A DNA stretch of 64,000 nucleotides from Malacoraja senta (taxonomy: Eukaryota): contig CM075978.1 of the NCBI GenBank assembly GCA_038087875.1, forward strand, positions 174,716,001-174,780,000, written 5' to 3'. The position numbers and the translations under genes are program-made. Of this stretch, positions 1 through 12,200 are shown piece by piece (within the stretch, counting starts at the first letter, position 1; each line of letters opens with the position of its first letter). Below the pieces are notes generated by a model. It worked only from the letters and a program-made list of their open reading frames with translations, was not told the origin of the DNA and did not search any database.

Positions 1-3000
1 ACAGTGGCTCTGGTGTGCACTAGACACAAATGCACTGAGATCGCAATGGGATATTCTCACAGCAGCTCTTAGAACTGTGACCGCAACATGTTAGTACAGG
101 TGTCAGAGGTTATAGGGAGAAGGCAGGAGAATGGGGTTAGGAGGGAGAGATAGATCAGCCATGATTGAATGGCGGAGTAGACATGATGGGCAGGATGTCC
201 TTATTCTACTCCTATTCCTTATGTCCTTATGAACATTAAGAACAACATGGGGCAGCAAGCTTCATGGGGCATCATTACCTGCAGATTCATCTCCTAGTCA
301 CGCACTGTCCTGACTTGGAACAATATCACTGTTTGTGTATTATCTTTGGGTGGAAAATCCTGGAACTTCTTTTCCAATATCAAAGTTGGAGTACTTTTAT
401 GAGGACTGTAACAGAATGGGATATTTCTGCCAGACATCCCTCTCCACAATCTTGCCTGCGAGATGTGTCCCTCAGCTTTGCTGTTTGTGACGCTTAATAC
501 TGCTGTCCAACTGCCGTTATTCTCATTTGATGTCGACCAAATAGCGATTCTGTATGTTCTGTTTCTTTCATTCCCACCTTCACCGCAATTGAAACTAGTT
601 TTCTCTTTGTTCCAGTACTGCCAAAAGGCTTTTGGACTTTCTCTTTCCATAAATGTGCCCATCCTGATGAGCGTTTCCAGGATTTCCAGTTATTGTTTCA
701 GTTGCTGGAAAATCGGTGGTGAACATGTATTATGTTACAGCAGAACTATATATTGTTTACAGTGAGGGTGGATGAAGGATGGATAAGACAACTGTGAAAG
801 GGCGAGGCCAGGATTGCCCATGGGGATAAGGTGTAAACTAGGTCATCTGACTGATGGATTAATGGAGGACAAACTATTATAGTTTGCTTATAAAAGCTGT
901 AAAATGAGGCAGTTAGAGAGCATGAAAACAGACAAGGGAAGTAAAGGCCCTGAATTGCAGGACTCTTAAAATGTGCCAGAAAGTCTGGCGATGCTAAAGG
1001 AAAGAGGAAACATAAAATCAATATCACAGATAAATGGTTTTGCTCGCTCGGCAGAGAAAGCAGGTTACCTGAAGTTGTTGAATTTGATATTGAGTGCACA
1101 AGGCTGCAGTGTGCTGAAACACAAGATGAGGTTCTCAAGTTGGCAGTATTATTAGTGCATGAGGCCACAGACAGGGTTGGAGTGGGATATATGTAAAGTA
1201 CCTGTAGTTTAGAGCTACAGCGCGGAAACAGGCCCTGCTGCCCACTGAGTCTGTGCCGACCAGCGCACACTACTGCTATCCTACACACACTAGGGACAAT
1301 TTACAATTTACAATTATACCAAGCCAATTATCCTACAAACCTGTACGTCTTTGGAGTGTGAGTGGAAACCGGAGATCCCGGAGAAAACACTGCAGGTTAC
1401 GGGGAGAACACACAAACTCTGTGCAGACAGTACCCGTAATCAGGATCAAACAGGGGTGTCTGGTGCTGTAAGGCAGCAACTCTACTGCTACGCCTCCTTC
1501 CCGCCCTGTACATTAAAATCAACCTACAATGTGTCAAAACCCCATCTAAATAAATTTTTTTACTCAATTAATCAGGATGACGCTTTTTGATCATAGAACA
1601 ACCCAGGAATAGGTTCTTCGGCCCACAATGTTTGTGCGGAATGTGATCCCAATGCACACTCTTACCTGCCTACGTATAATCCATATCTCTCCATTCCTTG
1701 CATATGCATGTGCCAATTCAAAAGTCTCTTAAACACCACTATTGTATCTGCCTGTCGCACCACACCCAGCATTGCATTCTAGGCACTCATTACCCTCTGT
1801 AAATCTCCTTTAAACTTTACCCCTCTCACCATACATCTATGCTCTCTAGTATTTGATATTTCCATTCTGGGGAAAAAAGGTTCTGACAATCTACCCTATC
1901 TCTGCCTTTATATACTTCTGTTTTATATACAGATGCATCATCAAGTTTCCAGCAACTGATGGTCCGGCACCTCCTTTAATATGGAAAGAATTACGAGATC
2001 GCACTTGAAATCCCCCCCGGAAGTCCTTTCCTGAAAATATGACGCTTAGGATGGGCGAGGTGGTCCATCTTGACATCATCGGGACTTTCGTGGCTGGACA
2101 TCCGATCAGTCGGTCGAATTTTCATCATGCGGCCAGGGCTCTGGAACTCCGGACCGGACGATCTGTTCCCATAAATGGCTTTCGCAGCCGGACTTCCGAT
2201 CGGCAGGACAAATCTTCCCCCTGCGGTTGGGGGCCTCTGGAACTACAGCCCAGCTGCAGCTGGAAAATCCCTTCCTATAGCCAACTTCTGAGGCTGACAT
2301 TGTGCTGGAAAATTGGTGGTGGACCTGTACTTCCATCAGGTCTCTCCACAACCTCTGGTGTTCCAGATAAAACAATCCAAGTCTGTCCAATCACTCCTTG
2401 TAGTGAATACCCTCTAATCCAGGTATTTTCTGCCCATTGTTTCTTAGCTGATCTAGATCCCACTGTACTTTGACAGCCTTCCTCGCACGACTCCAGCAAT
2501 CTTGGAGTAATTTTCAAATTTACCAACCAACCCATCTACATTTACATCCAAGTAATGTATATATATAACAAACCACAGAGTTTGCAGCACAAATCTCTGC
2601 CGAACTCCACTGGTTACAGACATCCAGTCTAAATATCATCTTTCCACCACAACACTCTGTCTTCCATCAGTAAATCATTTATGATCCATATGGCCAAATC
2701 ACTGATAATCCCACGTATCTTAATCTGGATCCTACCATGGGACACTTTATCAAATGCCTTACTAAAATCCATGTAGACTGCGTCCACCACCCTCCCTCTT
2801 CTATCATTTCAGTCTTCAGACGTTCGTCTGAAGAAGGGTCTCAACCTGAAACATCGCCATTCCTTCTCTCCAGTGATGCTGCCTGTCCCACAAGGAGTTT
2901 TGGATTATATGCCAGCAATTGCTTTGGCTAGGTATGAATTATTTCTCATGCGGTGTTCCATTTATTGTTTGTGATGTACAGAGTAGGCAAAGCTCATGCT

Positions 3001-3167
3001 ACAATGAGAAGGTTGTACAAGTGAACTACAGCAGCATCCAGTCGGCTGGCTGTTTGGAAAAGACCCATTGCATGACCCACATCCAAGGTGACCTGTGTTG
3101 GGTGTCCACATCTAACGCTATGATGCCTGGTTGAGATTTATCTACTGTTATTTTTTTTTTCCTTCAG

Positions 3168-3273
3168 GTGAATCGGGCTTGGCAAATCAACATTGATCAA
3201 TTCACTCTTCCTGTCAGACCTGTACTCCAAGGAATATCCTGGTCCGTCACTTAGGATCAAGAAAACTGTACAG
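3168..3273 (+). CDS. SEPTIN7: Septin exon: P-loop [36 protein letters not shown] (1-nt deletion as assembled)
   Basis: ttcag|GT acceptor and CAG|gtaatt donor. Length is 106 nt against the 107 needed to keep frame. Confidence 0.93.
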
Positions 3274-6200
3274 GTAATTAAAAATGTGCAGATTCTGGAA
3301 ATCTTAAATAAAAGTAGAAAATGTTGGAAAACCTCAGGCAGCATCTGTGAAAAGAAAAAGCAAGTTATTTATTTTTTTCATAGATGTTGCTTATCTTCCT
3401 TAATTTTCTTAAACTGTACAGGTGATATGCCGGTTGGCTGTGAGCTTCTTCATCCACTGTGTGCTGCAGGAGATGTTTATTCACAACAATTGATGCCCAT
3501 TAAACTTTAAAATAGTTGGGGGGGGGGGGGGGGGGGGGGGGGAGAAGAAGGATATCGATTATGGTAGAGTTTGTGACATAGTACAATTTTCTATGCCTGA
3601 TGATTTATAGTGTTTCATTAGCTGCAAGGTGTATTCTAAATTTATCCAATTTAAAGCATTGGTAGAGCCCATTTGTCAAAGTAGAGGTTATCCTAGGACG
3701 ACAGATGGCGCAATGGGCTAAGTGTTCGGCTGGCAACCGGAAGGTAGCCGGTTCGAATCCCGCTTGGAGTGCATACTGTCGTTGTGTCCTTGGGCAAGAC
3801 ACTTCACCCACCTTTGCCTGCGTGTGAATGTGTGTGAATGTGTGTGAGTGATTGGTGGTGGTCGGAGGGGCCGTAGGCGCAGATTAGCAGCCACGCTTCC
3901 GTCAGTCTGCCCCAGGGCAGCTGTGGCTACAGAAGTAGCTCACCACCACCGAGTGTGACTGAGGAGTGAATGAATAATGCGATGTAAAGCGCCTTGGGTA
4001 TTAGAAAGGCGCTATATAAATCAATCATTATTATTATTATTATTATTATCCTTGGTGGCGAAGATGGGTGTTTGTCTTCACAATGGCTGTGCAGTGGTCA
4101 CTCTTGGTACTGTCACGGGCACATACATCTGGAGATGGTGGATTGGTGAAGTTTGGTCATCCCTTGCTAATTCTCTCACTTGCTGCACACCAAGTGAAAC
4201 AGCTTTGTTTTTCACAATTTGTGCATCTTGAGCAGTGATGGTTCTCCTGAGATATTCTTAATGATATATTGAATGATCTGTCTTCACTACATTACATGTC
4301 CTTGGTGTTTTCCCTACGTTTCCCTGTCCAAATCAATGTGAAGTCATCAGCTGAAGGCTAGCAATTGGTGATAATCAGCAAGCAGTTTCCTTGTCTGTGA
4401 TGAACTGATGTCATGAGGATTAGAATTCATGTTGACAGATGCAACTCCACATTGTCCAATAGTATAATTTGTGTGATTGTTTCTTCATGTGTTTGTTGCT
4501 TGTGGAGTGCTTTATTTTGTGTGTATGTGTGTTGGAAGCTTTCTGCTATTTCCTGGTGGCTTTTGGGATTCCTGAACACCCTGCTCATTTCAACAGCTTA
4601 TTTGTGGTCCAGGCTCACTAGATCCTGACTTATTTGAGCTTTGGTGAATATGTCTGGTTAATATTTTGGGCATTTGTCTACTTGTGTAAGAACCTTATGC
4701 TTTGTTGGAACCATCAAGTGCATGCTGACTCCCACGAAGTACTTGGAGTCCACGAAGATGGCACATAAAATGTGGCAACTGTTGTGTACAGACTCGGTAT
4801 GGTCCACCGTGTTACACTCTTATATTTATTATATTGTGCCTAATGTCTAGCAGGATTGTCACTGAACGGTATGCAAAAAATAATTTCACTGTGCTTGGGT
4901 ACACGTGACAAAGTACCATTGAATGATTGCCAGCCTTTTTCATTTTTGTTTTTGAAATTTGCTCATACCCCTGCTCTTGCCACTTTCACTGCAAATGTGT
5001 GTTAGCTTTAGACATGGTGTTCAGTGGCCTGAATGCAGTTTATCTGTTTGTTTCCAGGTTGAACACGCAAAGGTTCAAATTAAAGAAGGAGGAGTGCAGC
5101 TTACACTGACTATTGTCGATACCCCAGGATTTGGAGATGCGGTGGACAACAGTAATTGGTAGTTTGAGATTTTACTCACTCTGTCTCTTGTATCTTATAA
5201 TTGTAACTGCCATCTTGGAAAGTTGTCAGATTTTTAAAGAAAAAAATACAGTGGCGCAGTGATAGAGTTGCTGCCTTACAACGCCAGAGATCCTCTGGAT
5301 CTGGATGTAGTACGCTGAAAAGCTCTAGGTAGAGCATCACTCAGAATTAACTATAGGTGATATTTGTATGTTTTCCCTGTGACCGCGTGGGTTTTCTCCA
5401 GGTGCTCTAGTTTCCTCCCACATTCCAAAGATGTACAGGGTTGTAAGCTAATTTGCTTCTGTAAATGATCAGTGTGCAGGATAGAACTAGTGTACGGGTG
5501 ATTTTTGGTTCCACGGACTGAGTGGGCCGATGGGCTTGTTTCCACACTGTATCTCTAAAGTAAATGAAAACATGCAAGTGTAAGAAAGCACCCAAAGTAC
5601 TGATGGTGTCTATTATTGATTTGTAATCTTTCTGGTTTCCTTGCAGTTGGCAGCCAGTTGTAAATTATATCGACAGCAGATTTGAGGAATTCCTGAACTC
5701 TGAGTCACGAGTGAACCGGCGACAGATAGCAGATACGCGAGTGCACTGCTGCCTGTACTTTATTGCACCCTCAGGACACGGGTGAGATTTGCATGGAGTT
5801 GCCAGCAGTTGCCTGAAAAAGCGGGATTTGGAACGGCGACTGGCCGAGTGGAGCGCGCGCGCGCGCACACACACGCACGCACGCACGCACGCACGCGCGG
5901 CTGGGGCCAGGGCATGTGGGGGAACGCTGTCTAAAAAATTCCCACGGTGCAAAGCCAAGGTGATGCAGACACACACGGGAAGGATTGGCGCTGTAATTAA
6001 GAGAGCTAAAGCACAGTGTACGGTAAGTAATTTAAAAGAGGGGTGGGGGGAAGAAGGAGGGAGAAGGAGTAGAGACAACTTTTAAGAAGCCAGAGATACA
6101 CGGCTGTGAAGTTCGGCGGACATTTAACATTACTGGCCAGTTCCTTGGTTCTGAAAACTACTGCTTACGTTTTTTCCCCAATGAGCCAATGAAATTCACC

Positions 6201-9200
6201 AATCAGCACTGGCTCCAACCTATGAGAACCTCTGAGAATCTTAAGACCTCCTGGCGACCCACCTACGGCTCGAGAATTCTCGCTAATCCCCATGGCGACT
6301 TCATTCTGGACGCCGCTAATTTTTCAACGTTGAAAAACTCTCGCCGACCATAATGAGGCCGCGACTAGTTGCCAAAATGTGGGAACTCCTCACGACCATG
6401 AAGGCGACTCCCCGGCAACCACCCGTGAACAAAGTCTCCTGCAGTCGTCTAAAAAGTCGCCTAAGTGGGACAGGCCCATAAGCAACAGATCAAGTCAAAG
6501 TATCCCAGTCACCAATCGAGCCGGTTGCACTCCCCGACAACTCCCCAGAACCCTGCACATTCCCTCCTTTCAAGTGTTTATTCAGCTCCATATGAATGTT
6601 ACAATTAAATCCCCATCCTCCCCAGAATAAATTCCAGACACTCACCACTTACTGCTAGGAAATGAATATCCTTCTGTCTCTTTATTCAGTCATATCAAGT
6701 TCTTTACCTGTCCACCAATGAAAGCTATCCTGCCTTCATCTACAGCCGTCGTAATTTTAAATACCATTCTGGGATCGCCTTCCAGGTATCATTTCTGTAA
6801 TCTTTACTGTATACTCTCATAAATATTCAAATCCAGAAAATGTGTCCAGAATTGAACACAATATTCCGTTTACACAGCTGGACCCCACCCCCCATCCTCG
6901 CTCCATCCACAGATGGGTCTCCCTCCTCCCTTTGCTTTGTTCGTAGCTAAGCCCACTCCCAGCCTTGTCTATCCACAGCTGGACCTCACTCCTGGCCTTG
7001 TCCATTACAACCCGTTCCCACTTCTGCTCAGCCACTGTCTAGGTTGCACTCGCACACTTTCACATGTGCCACAAGCATTCCCTCCACTCAATTCAATTTT
7101 CAATTCAATTCAATTTATTTGTCTTTTGAGGGACAAATTTGTCATTTGGACCCCTTGAGGTCCAAACGAAATGTCGTTTCTGCAGCCATACAATACAAAA
7201 CAAAGAAGACCCGAGACACAACACAATTTACACATACATCCATCACAACGCTGTGATGGAAGGCAAAAATAACGTATCTCTCCACTGCACTCCCCCCCCC
7301 CCCCGATGTCAGAGTCAAAGTCAAAGCCCCCGGCGGGCGATGGTGATTATCCCGCAGCCATTAAAGCCACGCCGGGTGATGCAAGGTCGCGCACCGGGTC
7401 TTGGCGTTAGAGCCCCGGCGCGCGCCCGCAAAGTCCGGCAGCCATTCCAAGCCGTGCGGGGGGATAAAGCCCCGCTCCAGGTGCTCCTCAACCCCGCAAC
7501 TCGGGCGGGAGAAGTCGCCGCTGCGGAAGCCCCGAAAAGCGGTCTCCCACCAGGGGACCTGCGGGCTTACGGTGTTGCCGTCCGCCAGACCCGCGGTTGT
7601 AGCCTCCGAATCTCCGGCGGTCGGGTCGGGTAGCAGCAGCGATTGTCTCCACCACAGCTCCACCCGCTCCGGACTCGGCCAGCCCCGCGACGGTGAGTAG
7701 TCCGCAGCTCCACGGGAGCCCCAGGTCGTTCCTGCTGGAGGCTGCTCCACGTTGCCCAGCCCCAACGACAACGGAGACCCGACAAAGAAAAGGTCGGGTC
7801 TCCCGTGCAGCGGAAAGATTTTAAAGTTTCCCCCCCCCACCCCCACCCCCCCACACACATACCCCGACCAAAAAAAAAAATAAAAACTACATAAAAACGA
7901 GACAAAAATAATAAAAAGACAGACGGACTGCAGAGGCCGCTGCAACGAAAAGTCGCGCCGCCCAGTACCAAAAGTCAACCTGAGCACTGGTCCATGTGTC
8001 CTATTGCGCCCCATTCCGAGACACTGCACCTGCGCAGAGGTGAAATAGTCAGCGAGCCATTGTTGGTGCGAAGGGTGGAATATATTAGAGGAACGTTGAA
8101 TGTGAGCAGCCAGGGAGAGAAGAATGATGTTCACTGCTTCCTTAACACAATAGTTCCTATTGCAGCTCTCAGTTAGATTCTCCCACTCTCTTCCAGGCTG
8201 AAGCCTCTGGATATTGAATTTATGAAGCGTTTACATGAGAAAGTGAACATCATTCCACTTATTGCGAAAGCGGACACACTCACAACTGAGGAGTGCTACC
8301 ACTTCAAGAAACAGGTAAAGCAATGCCCGTTGATGTAGCAGTATTAGATGCCATAGTGTAATCAGGGTCTGTCCGAGGGAAAGTCACAGTGTAACCAGTG
8401 GTCACTCTATATCCAGGGTCTGTTCCTATGGGTGGTCATTGTGTAACCAGGGTCTGTTCCGGGGGGTGGACCACTGTATTACCAGGGTTCCCCCCTGGGC
8501 GGTCACTGTAACCAGGGTCATCACAAGTTGGAGGAACAGCACCTCATGTTTCGTTTGAGTAACATACAACCCAGCAATATGAATGTTGAATTCTCTAATT
8601 TTAGGTACCATACAAGCACCCCTTCTCCCCTCCTTGACCCCCTTCCTCCATTAAAAGTCTAGCCAACAGTTGGCCGATCAGAGAACCACCCTGCCTGAGG
8701 TCATGTGTTGTCGGCCCTGATTTGTCCTGGTCTTTTCTTGCTTCTAATCCCTGCTCCCTGCAGTCAGCCTGAAGGAGTGTCCTGACCTGAACCGTCACCT
8801 TTCTATTTTCTCCAGAGATGCTACCTGGCCTGCTGAATTACACCGGCTTTTTGTGTCTGTTTCAATGTTATTCTTGTCAAATCATTCTCTTGTCAGATGG
8901 TGATTCAGACCAATGTGATGAGTGCGGGAATTATATGTTTTGCCTTGACTCTTTATAAAGTTAGCATTAGTATTGATAAGCATTGATTGAGACCCGAACC
9001 GTCAGAGTGTTTTTGCTATTCTTGTGAATTTTCTTTTCTTCAAAGATTATGAAGGAAATCAAAGAACAAAAGATTAAGATTTATGAATTCCCAAATGCAG
9101 AAGATGAAGATGATAATAAATTGGTGAAGAAATTTAAGGTAAATGCTTACTTGTCTTTCTGTCCATTCAGTGCCCTTTAGAGATGGACAAATTCCTGATT

Positions 9201-12200
9201 AGTAAGGGTGTCAGGGGTTATGGGAAGACAGGAGAATGGAGTTGAGAGAAAAATAGATCAGCCAAGATTGAATGGCAGAACAGACTTGATGAGTCAAATG
9301 GCCTAATTCTGCTCCTATAACTTATGAACTTTACGTGGAATGTTTCTCACTGCATTCTAATCAGGGAGTACTTGATGAAACATCTCGAACCTTAATCTGC
9401 ACGTCTTTTTCAACATTTTCATTTACTGAGCCCGACTTTGTTTGCAAACCTGGAACCGTGCCCTCTTACCTATTTCAAAGCTCAGTTATGATCCAGTTCC
9501 TTGGAGAATGCCACCTGTTGCCTCCTGCCAAATAGGACAGTACCATGGCGTTGTTCACATCAGATCGTGTCTCAAGAACTTGATTGGTTTTTTTGAAGAG
9601 GTGACGAAGGCGATCGATGAAGATAGGATAGTGGACGTTGTCAATATCAATTTTTGTAAGGCATTTGTTGAAATCCCTCATGGTAAGCTGATCCAGAAGC
9701 TTAAGATGCACCGTGACATGATCTGTTTATTCAGAACTGGCTTACTTATAGAAAACAGTGTTGTGGTGAAAATGTGATATTCTGGTATGAGGTCTGTGAC
9801 CAGTTGAGTTTTGCTGGGATCTGTGNNNNNNNNNNNNNNNNNNNNNNNNNNNNNNNNNNNNNNNNNNNNNNNNNNNNNNNNNNNNNNNNNNNNNNNNNNN
9901 NNNNNNNNNNNNNNNNNNNNNNNNNNNNNNNNNNNNNNNNNNNNNNNNNNNNNNNNNNNATCAGGACCCATGTCTATCTGTGAGTGGATGGCGGGCCACA
10001 TCTATCGCCATAGTTAATAAATGGTGGTAATAATAATAATACATACTAACTAAATTAGTAATTACTAATAATACATACTAATAATATATAAATTTGTAAT
10101 AATACATATAATACATATTAACTAGTGTGACACTTGGTGTTGTTTTTCGCATTAGTTTTCACGTGTTTTTCAATTAGTTTTCTGCAGTTCCCAAATCCCT
10201 CGCATCCCTGGGACTGGCGGCAGTTCCCAGAACCCTTGCGTCCCCGGGACTGGCTGCAGTTCCCAGATCCCTCGCGTCCCCGGGACTAGCTGCAGTTCCC
10301 AGGTCGCCTGCTTACCCCGGGACTAGCTGCAGTTCGCAGATCAGCTCGCGTCCCTGGGACTAGCTGCAGTTCCCAGGTCGCCTGTGAGCCCCGGAACTGG
10401 CTGTAGTTCCCAGGTCGCCTGCGTGCCCCGGGACTGGCTGTAGCACCCAGGTTGCCTGCGTGCCCCGGGACTGGCTGTAGCGCCCAGGTTGCCTGCCCCA
10501 GGACTGCCTGTAGCGCCCAGGCTGCCTGCAAGCCCCGGGACTGGCTATAGAGCCCAGGTTGCGAAAACTAATTGTTAAAAAAATGCCTGCGGGGCGTATG
10601 ATTTCGGGTTACGGGCCAGATCCGGCCCTTGGGCCGTAGGTTGCTGACCCCTGATGTAGATGGATGGGTTCATAAATTTGGCGAAATGGCCACCTCGCCA
10701 ACTATCTGTCTCGTCCCTTCTTTGTTGTTTTTTACTATGTGTTAAATGTATGTTTTAGTGTTCTTTAGCTTGTTATATGTGGAGGGTGGGGGTGGGGGGG
10801 GAACTTTAATCCCTTAATGGCCTGTCCCACTTGCATGCGACTGCATGCGTTTGGCGCGACCAAACGGAAGCGGAGTAAGCGGTAAGTACGCGCTAAGTTC
10901 GCTCGTGACGTAATTTGCGTCATACTTACCAATCAGCTGGGCAGGAGGCGGGCCGACTGAATTTGGGCGTCGTGCGGTGACGTCATCACGCAACGGCACT
11001 CCGGGCGGTGACGTCATCGTGCAACCCCACGCACTAGGCTTACGCCGTCAAGACGCTGCGCACGACGTCAAGATGGTGCGTACGTCGTCAAAACGCTGCG
11101 TACGCCCTCAATGCGCCGACAGTGTGAGATTTTCGGACAGTGTGAGATTTTCGGAGCCCAGCCCCGCACAACTCCATACGCCTCCGCGCTTCGAAGTGGG
11201 ACCGGCCCCGCGTGGCCTGTACGCCTCAAGCGACCACGTTTGGTCACGCCAGATGCATGCAATCGCATGCAAGTGGAACAGGCCCTTTACCTCGACGGAG
11301 TTGTGATTTTCTTTCCGTATCGTATCTCCGTCCGCACTGCGGCCTAACATCGTGGAGCTGGCGGCCTCGGCTGGAGACCGATTTTGGGAGCTCCAACCGC
11401 GGGAGCCTGCGGACTTTAACATCGTGGAGCTCGCGGTCCCTGGTTAGACACCGACTTCGGGAGCTCCAAGCCGCGAGAGCTTCGACCGCCCTGACGCAGG
11501 AGCTTCGATTGCCCCGACTCGGGAGCTTAATTCGCCGACTATGGGAGCTTCGATCGTCCCGACTGCAGATGTTTCGACTGCCCCTACCGCAGGAGAATAA
11601 AGAGGAAGAAGATTGGACTTTATTGCCTTCCATCACAGTGAGAAATGTGGGGAATCCGCTGTGGTGGATGTTTATGTTAACTTTTTTGTAGTTGTGTGTC
11701 TTGTTGCTTGTTTTTAGTATGGTTGCATGGTAATTCGAGTTTCACTATACCTTAATTGGTACACTAGACAATAAACTGACCATTGAACACCAAAATTGCT
11801 GAATTTGCAGACGGTGAGAAAGGCTGTCAAAATATACAGCAGGATGTAGATCAGCTGCAGAAATGGGCAGAGAAATGGCAGATGGAGTTTAATCTGAACT
11901 AGTGTGAGGTGTTGCACCTTGGGAGGTTGAATGCAAGGCAAAAGTATACAATTTATGCCAGTCCCTTAACAGTATTAATGTGCAGAAACGATCTTGGGAT
12001 CCATAGCTTATTGAAAGTGGCAACACATATAAACTGTGTTATAAAGAACACATATAAACTGAGTTATAAAGAAAGCGTATGTTATGCTTACCTTCATAGG
12101 TTGGGGCTTTGAGTGTCAGAGTCAGATAGTCATCTCGCAGCTTTATCAGACTTGGTTTAGGCCACATGTGCAGTTCTGGTGCCCCACTATAGAAAGGATG

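Noticed and set aside
3518-3542. 25-nt poly-G run as a functional G-quadruplex
   Set aside because: Homopolymer length is unreliable in assemblies and there is no other support.
3696-3770. tRNA gene
   Set aside because: The tRNA-like head continues into a SINE body and tail, and no complete cloverleaf is seen.
7139-8134. Long GC-rich ORFs (164 and 257 aa) as protein genes
   Set aside because: They lie within a repeat in a septin intron, have no recognisable domain, and are open because of high GC.
8355-8520. Degenerate CACTGTAACCAGGG minisatellite
   Set aside because: An ordinary decayed intronic tandem repeat.
10183-10562. CRISPR-like array (36-bp period)
   Set aside because: These are tandem units without unique spacers, with no cas genes and a eukaryotic context.
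11108-11691. Overlapping ORFs at the MITE/repeat junction
   Set aside because: They are low-complexity products of internal repeats.
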